DNA of 64,000 nucleotides, taken from an uncultured delta proteobacterium (GTDB lineage: Bacteria > Myxococcota_A > UBA9160 > SZUA-336). How positions within the stretch are numbered: the first letter of the stretch is position 1; each line of letters starts with the position of its first letter. The stretch covers positions 128,001 to 192,000 of the forward strand of contig CAVPHD010000004.1 in assembly GCA_963704165.1 (NCBI GenBank), read 5' to 3'. The notes beneath the pieces were generated by a model, which searched no databases, was not told the origin of the DNA, and saw nothing but the letters and a program-made list of their open reading frames with translations. Shown piece after piece: positions 37,631-46,754 of the stretch. The position numbers were made by a program, and so were the translations under genes.

Positions 37631-38252
37631 TCAGATCCACCAGCGGCTGTTCAGGAAGTCCATCGTGCCGGCGACCAGCGCGTGCAACGCCACGCCGGGA
37701 AAGATGGAGCCGTCGTCGAGCGCGATCCGGCAGAGCGCGAAGCCCGCGGAAGAAGGACCCCTACGACACCCACTTGACCAGATACAGACCCTCGTAGATC
37801 CAGAAGACGGTGGCGTCCGTCTCGGCGGCCTGTAGCGCCGGATAGCTCCTGCGGAACGCGTCCATCCCGCTCACCCAGGAGAGCAGCGGCAGAGAGAGCA
37901 GATACGCGACCAGGGCGATCGTCCACTCGCGGCGCCTTCCGGCGCGAAGCCCCCAATCACCGAGCTTCTCGCGCAGGACGAGCTTGATCGCCAGCACCGG
38001 CAGCGCCATGAGCAGGAGGCTGCTCGTCAGGTGCACGTAGCCGAACGCGTACAAACCGGCGAGCCCGGAGCTGCCCGCGGAGCCGTGCACCGCGCGCACG
38101 TGATGCCAGACGAGGGTGAGAAGGATCGCCGCCGACACCCCGACGAGAGTTGTCCGAGAGTCGAGGCCGGGATACTGAGCCGCGACCCATCGGAGAGGCG
38201 CGAGCCATCGCGAACCCGGGATCGACCTGAATCGGTGACCCGGAGGAGTCAC
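37631..38252 (-). pseudogene. Decayed CPBP (Abi/CAAX) intramembrane glutamic endopeptidase
   Basis: The expected WEFFFRG motif reads *-G-S-F-F-R-G (TAG at 37761-37763). An apparent internal deletion and frameshift then join it to the C-terminal AGFALCRIALDDGSIFPGVALHALVAGTMD segment. Confidence 0.75.
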
Positions 38253-38341
38253 ACGATATGTCTCGTCATTTCGGGTTTCTCCGTGATAGCCTCGGCTGGC
38301 AACGCAGGACGGTTTCGGGGTAGATGCGGGGTGGCGCTTTC

Positions 38342-39433
38342 ATGCGGCCGCGAAGAGTTGCACATCTCCTGGTCCTCGTCGGCTCCATTCTGCTCGCACC
38401 CGGTGCGGCGCAGGCGGCGTTCTGGGACTACGCGACGATCGTGGCGCCGACCCAACTGCAGACGCTCGAGTCGCGTCCGGTCGAGATCGTCGTGCAGTTC
38501 AAGCCGGGAGCGCGCCCTGACACGTTCCGGGCCTGGCTGAACGGGCGTCTGATCACGTCGCGATTCGTCGCGACGCCGACGGGAGTGACTGCTTCGGTCG
38601 ACGTCGGGGACGGGCTGCGCGTCGGGCTCGAGACGGATCCCCCGCTCGCGACGCTGAATGTGCTGGCGACGCTGGTGAAGGGACCCGGGAGAAAGCAGGA
38701 CGGCGATCTTCAGGTCTTCTTCGTCCGCGAGCGCAGCGTCAGCGTTCCGCAGCTTGTGGGTCTCTCGACCGAAGCGGCCGGCGCGGCGCTCGCGGCCGCC
38801 GGGCTCACGGCCGGCGCGGTGAGCGACGTCGTGCGGGTGTCGATCCCGACCGGGATCGTGATCGAGCAGAACCCGGTCAGTGGAACCCTCGCACCGCGCG
38901 GTTCCGCGGTTGCGCTCGTGCGGGTCGCGCAGCCACCGCACGACATCGCGATCCCCGACTCGTGGATGGGCTCGTGGAACCTCGAGTTCACCTACCGCGA
39001 CACGGCGACCGGCTTCATCGACAGCGTGATGCCGGTCTCGAATCCGATCTGCTCGGCCGACCCGATCGGCGTCGCGGCGCTCGAGGCGACGGCCGCCGCG
39101 AATCCGGCTGCCGGGCTCACCACCTGCACCGCGACCGCGACCGAGGATCGCATCGACATCTCCTGCACCGGCGAGTTCGAGCAGATCTTCTGCGCGGTTC
39201 CGGTGACCGCGAGGATCTCGCTCGTGCGCTCGGGTGAGTTCATCTCCGGCGACGGAGAGTGGTCCGTCGGCGAGCCCTGCGGCATTCCGCTCCAGAGCCG
39301 AGGCCAGACGATCGAGATCATCGGCATGCGCGCGAGCACGGATCCCGGCGCCGCGTGCGCCGGCCCTCCATCGAGCCTGCTGCAGAAGTTCATCAGAAAC
39401 AGCCTGCTCGTGCTCCTTCGGGGCGAGTTGTGA
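38342..39433 (+). CDS. Secreted PASTA-domain protein, copy 2
   Basis: Colinear paralog of 27142-28251: identical AAFWDYATIVAPT mature N-terminus, same PASTA repeat and six Cys. Confidence 0.82.
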   Translation: MRPRRVAHLLVLVGSILLAPGAAQAAFWDYATIVAPTQLQTLESRPVEIVVQFKPGARPDTFRAWLNGRLITSRFVATPTGVTASVDVGDGLRVGLETDPPLATLNVLATLVKGPGRKQDGDLQVFFVRERSVSVPQLVGLSTEAAGAALAAAGLTAGAVSDVVRVSIPTGIVIEQNPVSGTLAPRGSAVALVRVAQPPHDIAIPDSWMGSWNLEFTYRDTATGFIDSVMPVSNPICSADPIGVAALEATAAANPAAGLTTCTATATEDRIDISCTGEFEQIFCAVPVTARISLVRSGEFISGDGEWSVGEPCGIPLQSRGQTIEIIGMRASTDPGAACAGPPSSLLQKFIRNSLLVLLRGEL

Positions 39434-42400
39434 GGCCCCGGGTCGAAGTGAGCTTCCTCGGCGGGCGCGCGCGCTTCGCGCTCGGCGTCGTATGTCAGCT
39501 CTCGCTCGTCGCGCTCGCGGCGTACGGGATCTTCGGATGTACGATCGCGGCGCCCACGGACCCGGAGGTCCCGAGCTGTAGCGATGTCCCCGTCACTCTT
39601 TCTCCGGGCGGCTGCACGAACATCGAAGTCGAGCTGAGCCAGGCTTGTCCTACCGTCGCCTGGAGCTATGCGCACGCGCGCTTCCTATTCCTCACGAACG
39701 ATGCTTTCAGGGGTGAGTACTTCGTCGAGGGCGGGGCGCCGTTTGGAAGCCCAGTCGTGGAGACGTCGCTCTGCGCAGGAGAAGGGCTGCTCTCGCCCTT
39801 CAGGATCGTGTCGGCTGAAGTCTGGTACCTGCCCCCAGACTTCTCCCCGCACGACGATTACTCGATCACGCCGGTCAATCTTCATGTAACTCTTGACCCG
39901 ACACGCGCCTGCGCTCGAGATCTGTGCGTCGATGCCAGCATCGATCAGAGCGGCCCCGTGCCGAACCAGGCGCAGCTTTCGATCGTCGTCGATGCAACCG
40001 AGCCGTACGAGGTGGTCTGGACCGCGGATCGCGTACCGAGCGGAATCACTCCGGGCGACGAGACGCTCGAGATCCTCGACGTGACGCTGAGCGGAGAGAC
40101 GACGTACACGGCCACCGTCACGCTTACGAATCTGACTCCGGCCGGCGCGGTCGTCTCCGTGTCCGACAGCGTGACGGCTCTGTTTGCCGGCGGGAACGCG
40201 CCGCCGATCGCCGTGGACGACGCGTACGGCGTCGACGAGGGCGGGAGCTTGTTCGTGCCCGTGCCCGGTGTGCTCGCGAACGACAGCGATCCGGAGTCCG
40301 ACGCGCTGACCGTCGGGGTGAGCGTCCTGCCGACGAACGGAACGCTCACGCTCAACGGCGATGGATCGTTCGTGTACACGCCGACTCCGGGCTTCAACGG
40401 CGAGGACAGCTTCAGCTACATCGCGAACGACGGCACTTCCGACAGCAACGAGGCGACCGTCACGATCACGGTGAATCCGACCGGGAACCAGGCCCCGGTC
40501 GGCGTGCCCGATGCGTACGCCGTAGGCGAGGACGATACGCTCGTGATCGACGCGAGCATGGGCGTGCTCGCGAACGACACCGACGGGAACGGCGATCCGC
40601 TCACCGCCGCGCTCGTGGACGACGTGACGAACGGCGCGCTCGTGCTGAATCCCGACGGGTCGTTCGGGTACGCGCCCGAGCCGGACTGGAACGGCGAGGA
40701 CTCGTTCACCTACACCGCGAGCGACGGGATCGCGACGAGCGCGCCGGTGTCGGTCACGCTCACGGTCACGTCGGTGAACGATCCGCCGGTTGCGAACGCC
40801 GGCTCCGACGTCGCAGTCCGGGTCGGCGCAATCGCGCAGATCGACGGGAGCGGCAGCAGCGATCCCGACGGCGGGCCCGCTCCGCTGAGTCATGCCTGGA
40901 CCTTCATTCTTCCGCTTCCGGCCGGGAGCGCGCTCACGGACGCCGATATCGCGGGCGCGAACTCCGCCGCCGCGAGCTTCACGCCCGACGTCGTCGGTCG
41001 CTTCACGCTGAACCTGTGGATCAGCGACGGCGCGGATTCCGCGAACGATCAGGTCGACGTGCTGGCCGGCAACGCCGCGCCGAATGCGGGGCCGGACGAA
41101 TACGCGCTCGACGAGGACGGAACGCTCGGGGTCGTCGCGCCGGGCGTGCTTGGCAACGACTCCGACGCCGAGGGCGATCCGCTCACGGCGGTACTCGTGA
41201 CCGGTCCGAGCAACGGAACACTCGATCTCCGCGCCGACGGATCCTTCGACTACGCGCCGGCACCCGACTACAACGGCGACGACAGCTTCACCTACCGCGC
41301 CAACGACGGCGATCTGGACAGCGCGGATACGACGGTGACGATCACGGTCAACCCGATCAACGACGCGCCAATCGCAGCCGCCGACGCCTACGTCACCGAC
41401 GAGGATGTCGCGCTCGACGTGCCCGCGGTTGTGGGCGTGCTCGCGAACGACGGCGACGCCGACAGCGACGTCCTCTCGGTGGCGCTCGTCGACGACGTGG
41501 CGAACGGCACGCTGACGCTGAACCCCGACGGCTCGTTCCGCTACGTCCCCGACGCGAACGCGAACGGCGCGGACGGATTCACCTACACCGCGAGCGACGG
41601 CGTCGAGACGACACCCCCGGTCGCCGTCGAGATCACCGTGACGCCGGTCCCCGATCCGCCGCTCGCGAATGCGGGTCCGGACGTTTCCGTGCGCGTGAGC
41701 CGGCTGGCCAGCGTCGATGGCAGTGCGAGCTCCGATCCCGACACCGGCGCGCCGCTCGCGTCGTTCCTCTGGAATTTCGTGCCACCGCTTCCGGCCGGCA
41801 GCGCGCTGACGAATGCGGACATCGCGGGCGCGACGACGGCGCTTGCGAGCTTCACGCCCGACGTCGCAGGCAGCTTCACGCTGAACCTCGAGGTCTCGAA
41901 CGGCGTCGAGACGGCCAGCGATCAGGTGAACGTGCTGGCCGGAAACAGCGCGCCGGTCGCGAACCCGGACGCCTACGCCGTCGACGAGGACAGCCCCCTC
42001 GCGATCGCGGCTCCGGGCACGCTCGCGAACGACACCGACCCAGAGGGAGATCCCCTCACCGCGATCCTCTCGACCGGTGCGAGCAATGGCGCGCTCGCGC
42101 TCGACCCGAACGGATCGTTCCTCTACACGCCGGCCGCGAACTCGAACGGAACCGACAGCTTCACGTACGTCGCGAACGACGGAGATCTGAGCGGCGCACC
42201 GGCGCTCGTGACGATCACCGTCCGGCCGGTGAACGACGCCCCGACATCGAGCGCCGACGCCTATTCCGTCGACGAGGACACGACGCTCACGGTCGTGCCG
42301 GCCCAGGGAGTCCTCTCGAACGACGCCGACATCGACGCCGACGTGCTCAGCGCGACGCTCGTCGCCGGCGTCGCGAACGGAAGCCTCGCGCTCGCCGCAA

Positions 42401-45400
42401 ACGGGTCCTTCGTCTACACGCCGGACGAGAACTTCAACGGCACCGACAGCTTCACGTACACGACGAGCGACGGAACCGTCTCGACCGCGGCGACGACGGT
42501 CACGATCACGATCGACGCGGTGAACGATGCGCCGGTCGCCGACGCCGGCCCGGACCTCGACGGCGTGGTCGGAACGTCGATCCCGCTCGACGCAACGGGC
42601 TCGTCCGACATCGACGGCGACACGCTGACCTATCTTTGGAGCTTCACGCAGGTCCCGACGGGCAGCGCCGCGGCGATCGTGGATCCGACCAGCGCGAGCG
42701 CGAGCTTCGTGCCCGACGCGTCCGGGCAGTTCACCGTGCAGCTCGTCGTGAACGACGGCACGGTCGACTCCGCGGCCGACACCGCGATCTTCCTGGTCAC
42801 GTTCTGCACCGACCTGACCGTCAACTGGGTGCCGAACGCGAGCGGGAACTGGAGCAACGGCGCGAACTGGAGCACGGGCAGCGTGCCCGGCCCCGGCGAC
42901 AACGCCTGCGTCGACGTCCCGGCCGACATCACCGTGACGCACGACTCGGGCGACGATTCGGTCGCGACCCTCGTCTCCGCCGAGAACCTGGTCCTCTCCG
43001 GCGGATCGCTCTCGCTCGCGGGTCCGTCCTTCGTGTACCGCTCGTTCACGCACGGCTTCGGCACGCTCGCGGGCGCGGGTAGCCTGACGGTGCGCGGGCT
43101 CTTCACGTGGTCTGGGGGCACTCAGGAAGGCCCGGGACAGACCCTGGGCGCAGGGGGGATTCTCCTCGACGGCAGCACGACGACGATGACGATGACGGGC
43201 CGCACGATCGTGAACGCGGCGGGACGGCTCGCGCTCTGGACGAACGGAGTGCTCGTCTTCAGCGAGGGCGGCGGCTTCGTGAACCAGGGCACGTTCCGCA
43301 CGGACTTCGACGGCGACTCGTTCTACACGTTCAACGGCGCGCGCAGCGTCTTCGCGAACACGGGCGCGATCGAGAAGACGGGCGGCCTGGGGACGTCGTC
43401 GCTCGCGTTCGCGCTCTCGGGCGGCGGCACGGCGACGTCGAGCAGCGGAACGCTCGCGTTCACGGGTGGCGGGACGAGCAGCACGGCGTTCACGGGTCCG
43501 GCGACGATCGGGTTCGCGGGTGCGTTCGGCTCGCCGCACGTCCTGTCCGGATCGATCTCGGTCGCGAACACGGTCTTCAGCGTCGGCGAGTCGGAGATCG
43601 ATGGCGCCTACAACGTGTCGGCCAGCACGACGCTTCGGGGTGTCGGGATCGCGAACTTCAACGCGGCGGCGACCGTCGGGAGTATCGGCGCGCTGACGAT
43701 CGAGGAGTCGAGCGCGGCGAATTTCAGCAGCGGGGAGGTGCCGGTCGCGAGCTCGTTCACGCAAACCAGCGGCGTGCTCACGGGCACGGACACGATCACG
43801 GTGACGGGCAGCATGAGCTGGGACGGCGGCGAGCAGCGCGGCCCGGGAACGACGGACGTGCGCAACGGCATGACGCTCGCGGGCACGACGAAGCAGCTGC
43901 TCGGCCGGACGATCGTGAACGCTCCGGGGCGGCTCGCGACCTGGACGGAGGGCACGATCCTGCTCGGCGAGGGCGGTGGGTTCGTGAACCAGGGCACGTT
44001 CCGCACGGACTTCGACGGCGACTCGTTCTACACGTTCAACGGCGCGCGCAGCGTCTTCGCGAACACGGGCGCGATCGAGAAGACGGGCGGCCTGGGGACG
44101 TCGTCGCTCGCGTTCGCGCTCTCGGGCGGCGGCACGGCGACGTCGAGCAGCGGAACGCTCGCGTTCACGGGTGGCGGGACGAGCAGCACGGCGTTCACGG
44201 GTCCGGCGACGATCGGGTTCGCGGGTGCGTTCGGCTCGCCGCACGTCCTGTCCGGATCGATCTCGGTCGCGAACATGGTCTTCAGCGTCGGCGAGTCGGA
44301 GATCGATGGCGCCTACAACGTGTCGGCCAGCACGACGCTTCGGGGTGTCGGGATCGCGAACTTCAACGCGGCGGCGACCGTCGGGAGTCTCGGCGCGCTG
44401 ACGATCGAGGAGTCGAGCGCGGCGAACTTCAGCAGCGGGGAGGTGCCGGTCGCGAGCTCGCTCACGCAAACCAGCGGCGTGCTCACGGGCACGGACACGA
44501 TCACGGTGACGGGCAGCATGAGCTGGGACGGCGGCGAGCAGCGCGGCCCGGGAACGACGGACGTGCGCAACGGCATGACGCTCGCGGGCACGACGAAGCA
44601 GCTGCTCGGCCGGACGATCGTGAACGCACCGGGGCGGCTCGCGACCTGGACGGAGGGCACGATCCTGCTCGGCGAGGGCGGCGGGTTCGTGAACCAGGGC
44701 ACGTTCCGCACGGACTTCGACGGCGACTCGTACTACACGTTCAACGGCGCGCGCAGCGTCTTCGCGAACACGGGCGTGATCGAGAAGACGGGCGGCCTGG
44801 GGACGTCGTCGCTCGCGTTCGCGCTCTCGGGCGGCGGCACGGCGACGTCGAGCAGCGGGACGCTCGCGTTCACGGGCGGAGGCACGAACAGCACGGCGTT
44901 CATGGGTCCCGCGACGATCGGGTTCGCGGGCGCGTTCGGCTCGCCGCACGTCCTGTCCGGATCGATCTCGGTCGCGAATGTGGTCTTCAGCGTCGGGGAG
45001 TCGGAGATCGATGGCGCCTACAACGTGTCGGCCAGCACGACGCTTCGGGGTGTCGGGATCGCGAACTTCAACGCGGCGGCGACCGTCGGGAGTATCGGCG
45101 CGCTGACGATCGAGGAGTCGAGCGCGGCGAACTTCAGCAGCGGAGAGGTGCCGGTCGCGAGCTCGCTCACGCAAACCAGCGGCGTGCTCACGGGCACGGA
45201 CACGATCACGGTGACGGGCAGCATGAGCTGGGACGGCGGCGAGCAGCGCGGCCCGGGAACGACGGACGTGCGCAACGGCATGACGCTCGCGGGCACGACG
45301 AAGCAGCTGCTCGGCCGGACGATCGTGAACGCACCGGGGCGGCTCGCGACCTGGACGGAGGGCACGATCCTGCTCGGCGAGGGCGGCGGGTTCGTGAACC

Positions 45401-45873
45401 AGGGCACGTTCCGCACGGACTTCGACGGCGACTCGTACTACACGTTCAACGGCGCGCGCAGCGTGTTCGCGAACTCGGGCATCTTCGAGAAGACGGGTGG
45501 CGGCGGGGCGACCCTGTTCGCATTCGCGTTCGACAACGTCGGTGTGCTCCGACCCGTCACTGGAACGCTCGATGTCGCGGGTGACTTCGTGCAGAGCGGA
45601 GCCGGTGCACTGGACATCGTGCTCTCGGGCGCGGGCGCTCCTGGAACGGACTACGACCAGGTCAATGTCGCGGGTGCATCGACTCTCGGTGGGGCGCTGA
45701 ACGTGAGTCTCTCGGGTGGCTTCGTTCCGGCGTCCGGTGACGCGTTCGAGATCATGACGTACGGCTCCGCCACCGGCGGATTCACGAGTCAGTCACTGCC
45801 GCCGCTTGGTGGCGGTCTGAGCTGGAACGTCTCGGTCGGGCCTGCGGCGGTCACGCTCAGCGTCGTTCCCTGA
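39430..45873 (+). CDS. Giant lipoprotein adhesin 2 (2147 aa), paralog of adhesin 1
   Basis: GTGA overlap with PASTA copy 2, lipobox IFGC, the same Ig/PKD stalk, and a C-terminus ending ...SQSLPPLGGGLSWNV.VG...TL.VVP. Confidence 0.85.
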   Translation: MRPRVEVSFLGGRARFALGVVCQLSLVALAAYGIFGCTIAAPTDPEVPSCSDVPVTLSPGGCTNIEVELSQACPTVAWSYAHARFLFLTNDAFRGEYFVEGGAPFGSPVVETSLCAGEGLLSPFRIVSAEVWYLPPDFSPHDDYSITPVNLHVTLDPTRACARDLCVDASIDQSGPVPNQAQLSIVVDATEPYEVVWTADRVPSGITPGDETLEILDVTLSGETTYTATVTLTNLTPAGAVVSVSDSVTALFAGGNAPPIAVDDAYGVDEGGSLFVPVPGVLANDSDPESDALTVGVSVLPTNGTLTLNGDGSFVYTPTPGFNGEDSFSYIANDGTSDSNEATVTITVNPTGNQAPVGVPDAYAVGEDDTLVIDASMGVLANDTDGNGDPLTAALVDDVTNGALVLNPDGSFGYAPEPDWNGEDSFTYTASDGIATSAPVSVTLTVTSVNDPPVANAGSDVAVRVGAIAQIDGSGSSDPDGGPAPLSHAWTFILPLPAGSALTDADIAGANSAAASFTPDVVGRFTLNLWISDGADSANDQVDVLAGNAAPNAGPDEYALDEDGTLGVVAPGVLGNDSDAEGDPLTAVLVTGPSNGTLDLRADGSFDYAPAPDYNGDDSFTYRANDGDLDSADTTVTITVNPINDAPIAAADAYVTDEDVALDVPAVVGVLANDGDADSDVLSVALVDDVANGTLTLNPDGSFRYVPDANANGADGFTYTASDGVETTPPVAVEITVTPVPDPPLANAGPDVSVRVSRLASVDGSASSDPDTGAPLASFLWNFVPPLPAGSALTNADIAGATTALASFTPDVAGSFTLNLEVSNGVETASDQVNVLAGNSAPVANPDAYAVDEDSPLAIAAPGTLANDTDPEGDPLTAILSTGASNGALALDPNGSFLYTPAANSNGTDSFTYVANDGDLSGAPALVTITVRPVNDAPTSSADAYSVDEDTTLTVVPAQGVLSNDADIDADVLSATLVAGVANGSLALAANGSFVYTPDENFNGTDSFTYTTSDGTVSTAATTVTITIDAVNDAPVADAGPDLDGVVGTSIPLDATGSSDIDGDTLTYLWSFTQVPTGSAAAIVDPTSASASFVPDASGQFTVQLVVNDGTVDSAADTAIFLVTFCTDLTVNWVPNASGNWSNGANWSTGSVPGPGDNACVDVPADITVTHDSGDDSVATLVSAENLVLSGGSLSLAGPSFVYRSFTHGFGTLAGAGSLTVRGLFTWSGGTQEGPGQTLGAGGILLDGSTTTMTMTGRTIVNAAGRLALWTNGVLVFSEGGGFVNQGTFRTDFDGDSFYTFNGARSVFANTGAIEKTGGLGTSSLAFALSGGGTATSSSGTLAFTGGGTSSTAFTGPATIGFAGAFGSPHVLSGSISVANTVFSVGESEIDGAYNVSASTTLRGVGIANFNAAATVGSIGALTIEESSAANFSSGEVPVASSFTQTSGVLTGTDTITVTGSMSWDGGEQRGPGTTDVRNGMTLAGTTKQLLGRTIVNAPGRLATWTEGTILLGEGGGFVNQGTFRTDFDGDSFYTFNGARSVFANTGAIEKTGGLGTSSLAFALSGGGTATSSSGTLAFTGGGTSSTAFTGPATIGFAGAFGSPHVLSGSISVANMVFSVGESEIDGAYNVSASTTLRGVGIANFNAAATVGSLGALTIEESSAANFSSGEVPVASSLTQTSGVLTGTDTITVTGSMSWDGGEQRGPGTTDVRNGMTLAGTTKQLLGRTIVNAPGRLATWTEGTILLGEGGGFVNQGTFRTDFDGDSYYTFNGARSVFANTGVIEKTGGLGTSSLAFALSGGGTATSSSGTLAFTGGGTNSTAFMGPATIGFAGAFGSPHVLSGSISVANVVFSVGESEIDGAYNVSASTTLRGVGIANFNAAATVGSIGALTIEESSAANFSSGEVPVASSLTQTSGVLTGTDTITVTGSMSWDGGEQRGPGTTDVRNGMTLAGTTKQLLGRTIVNAPGRLATWTEGTILLGEGGGFVNQGTFRTDFDGDSYYTFNGARSVFANSGIFEKTGGGGATLFAFAFDNVGVLRPVTGTLDVAGDFVQSGAGALDIVLSGAGAPGTDYDQVNVAGASTLGGALNVSLSGGFVPASGDAFEIMTYGSATGGFTSQSLPPLGGGLSWNVSVGPAAVTLSVVP
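43264..45474 (+). repeat. Three near-identical 705-bp coding tandem repeats (235 aa) plus a partial fourth
   Basis: Unit starts at 43264, 43969, 44674 and 45379. Identical antisense ORFs recur every 705 bp. Confidence 0.93.
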
Positions 45874-45925
45874 CGCTGATCTCAGGCGGCGTGACAAGCG
45901 CGGGGCCATCTGCTCGAATCTCGCC

Positions 45926-46732
45926 GTGCCGAACGAGTACCCGCCCCCGCAGCACATGACGCGCGACCTGCGCATGGTGATCGAACGCGACCTTGGCGGT
46001 GGCCGCGCGAGCATGCCGATCGTCCCCGAGATCCTCTCCGACCCGGGCGCGGTCTGCGCGGGCGCGCTGGCGACGCTGGTCGACGTCTACTGCGGCGGCC
46101 TCGCGCTCGACGTCGCGCATCCGAACTGGCTCGCGACGCTCGATCTCTCGCTCCACGTGCTGCGGCCGCTCGTGAAGGGGAACGTCGTCGCCCGCGGCTC
46201 GGTGCTGCGCGCGGGCCGCCAGACGGTGGTGCTCGAAGTTTCGCTCTCCGACGACGCGGGCACCGAGGCGGGATTGGCGACGATGACCTACGCGATCCTC
46301 GAGCGACGCCCGGACACACCGCAGTACGCGCGCGACTTCGCCCCGAAGCGAAGCGAGCTCGCGTTGCCCGGCTCGGGCCTCTCGGCGCCGTTCGCCGAGC
46401 AGATCGGCATCCGCGTCGTCGACGCGGCCGCGGGCCACGCCGAGCTCGAGATGCGCGACTACGTCGTGAACAGCCTCTCGGCGCTGCAAGGGGGCGCGGC
46501 GGCGACGCTCGTCGACGTCGCGAGCGCGGCCCTCGGTCGCGAGCTGCTCGGCAGGCCGGTCACGACGACCGATCTCGAAGTCCACTACCTGGCGCTGGGC
46601 AAGCTCTCCCCGATTCGCACGAACGCGCGCGTCCTGCTTTGCCAGGATCGGAGCGCTGCACTTCGGGTCGAGGTGCGCGAGTCCGGACCCGACGCGCGTC
46701 TGTGTTACGTCGCGACGACGCGCGTCGGCTGA
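45926..46732 (+). CDS. PaaI-family double hot-dog thioesterase
   Basis: Two hot-dog units: GAVCAGALATLVD and ALQGGAAATLVD...TTDLEVHYL. Confidence 0.85.
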   Translation: MPNEYPPPQHMTRDLRMVIERDLGGGRASMPIVPEILSDPGAVCAGALATLVDVYCGGLALDVAHPNWLATLDLSLHVLRPLVKGNVVARGSVLRAGRQTVVLEVSLSDDAGTEAGLATMTYAILERRPDTPQYARDFAPKRSELALPGSGLSAPFAEQIGIRVVDAAAGHAELEMRDYVVNSLSALQGGAAATLVDVASAALGRELLGRPVTTTDLEVHYLALGKLSPIRTNARVLLCQDRSAALRVEVRESGPDARLCYVATTRVG

Positions 46733-46754
46733 ACCGGGGTCAGATTCCGCGCGC

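Noticed and set aside
39685..45174. 1829-aa antisense ORF, and similar long ORFs at 9644-13249, 33810-36599, 48995-53353 (apart from its first 57 codons, the pntB N-terminus), 31142-34999 and 20015-22582
   Set aside because: Arg/Ala-rich shadow frames of real high-GC genes, with no recognisable motifs.
29000..45500. Regularly spaced repeats as a possible CRISPR array or DGR template/variable repeat pair
   Set aside because: The repeats are in-frame protein domains of 288-870 bp without unique spacers. No cas or reverse transcriptase gene is present, and I saw no adenine-specific mismatch pattern.
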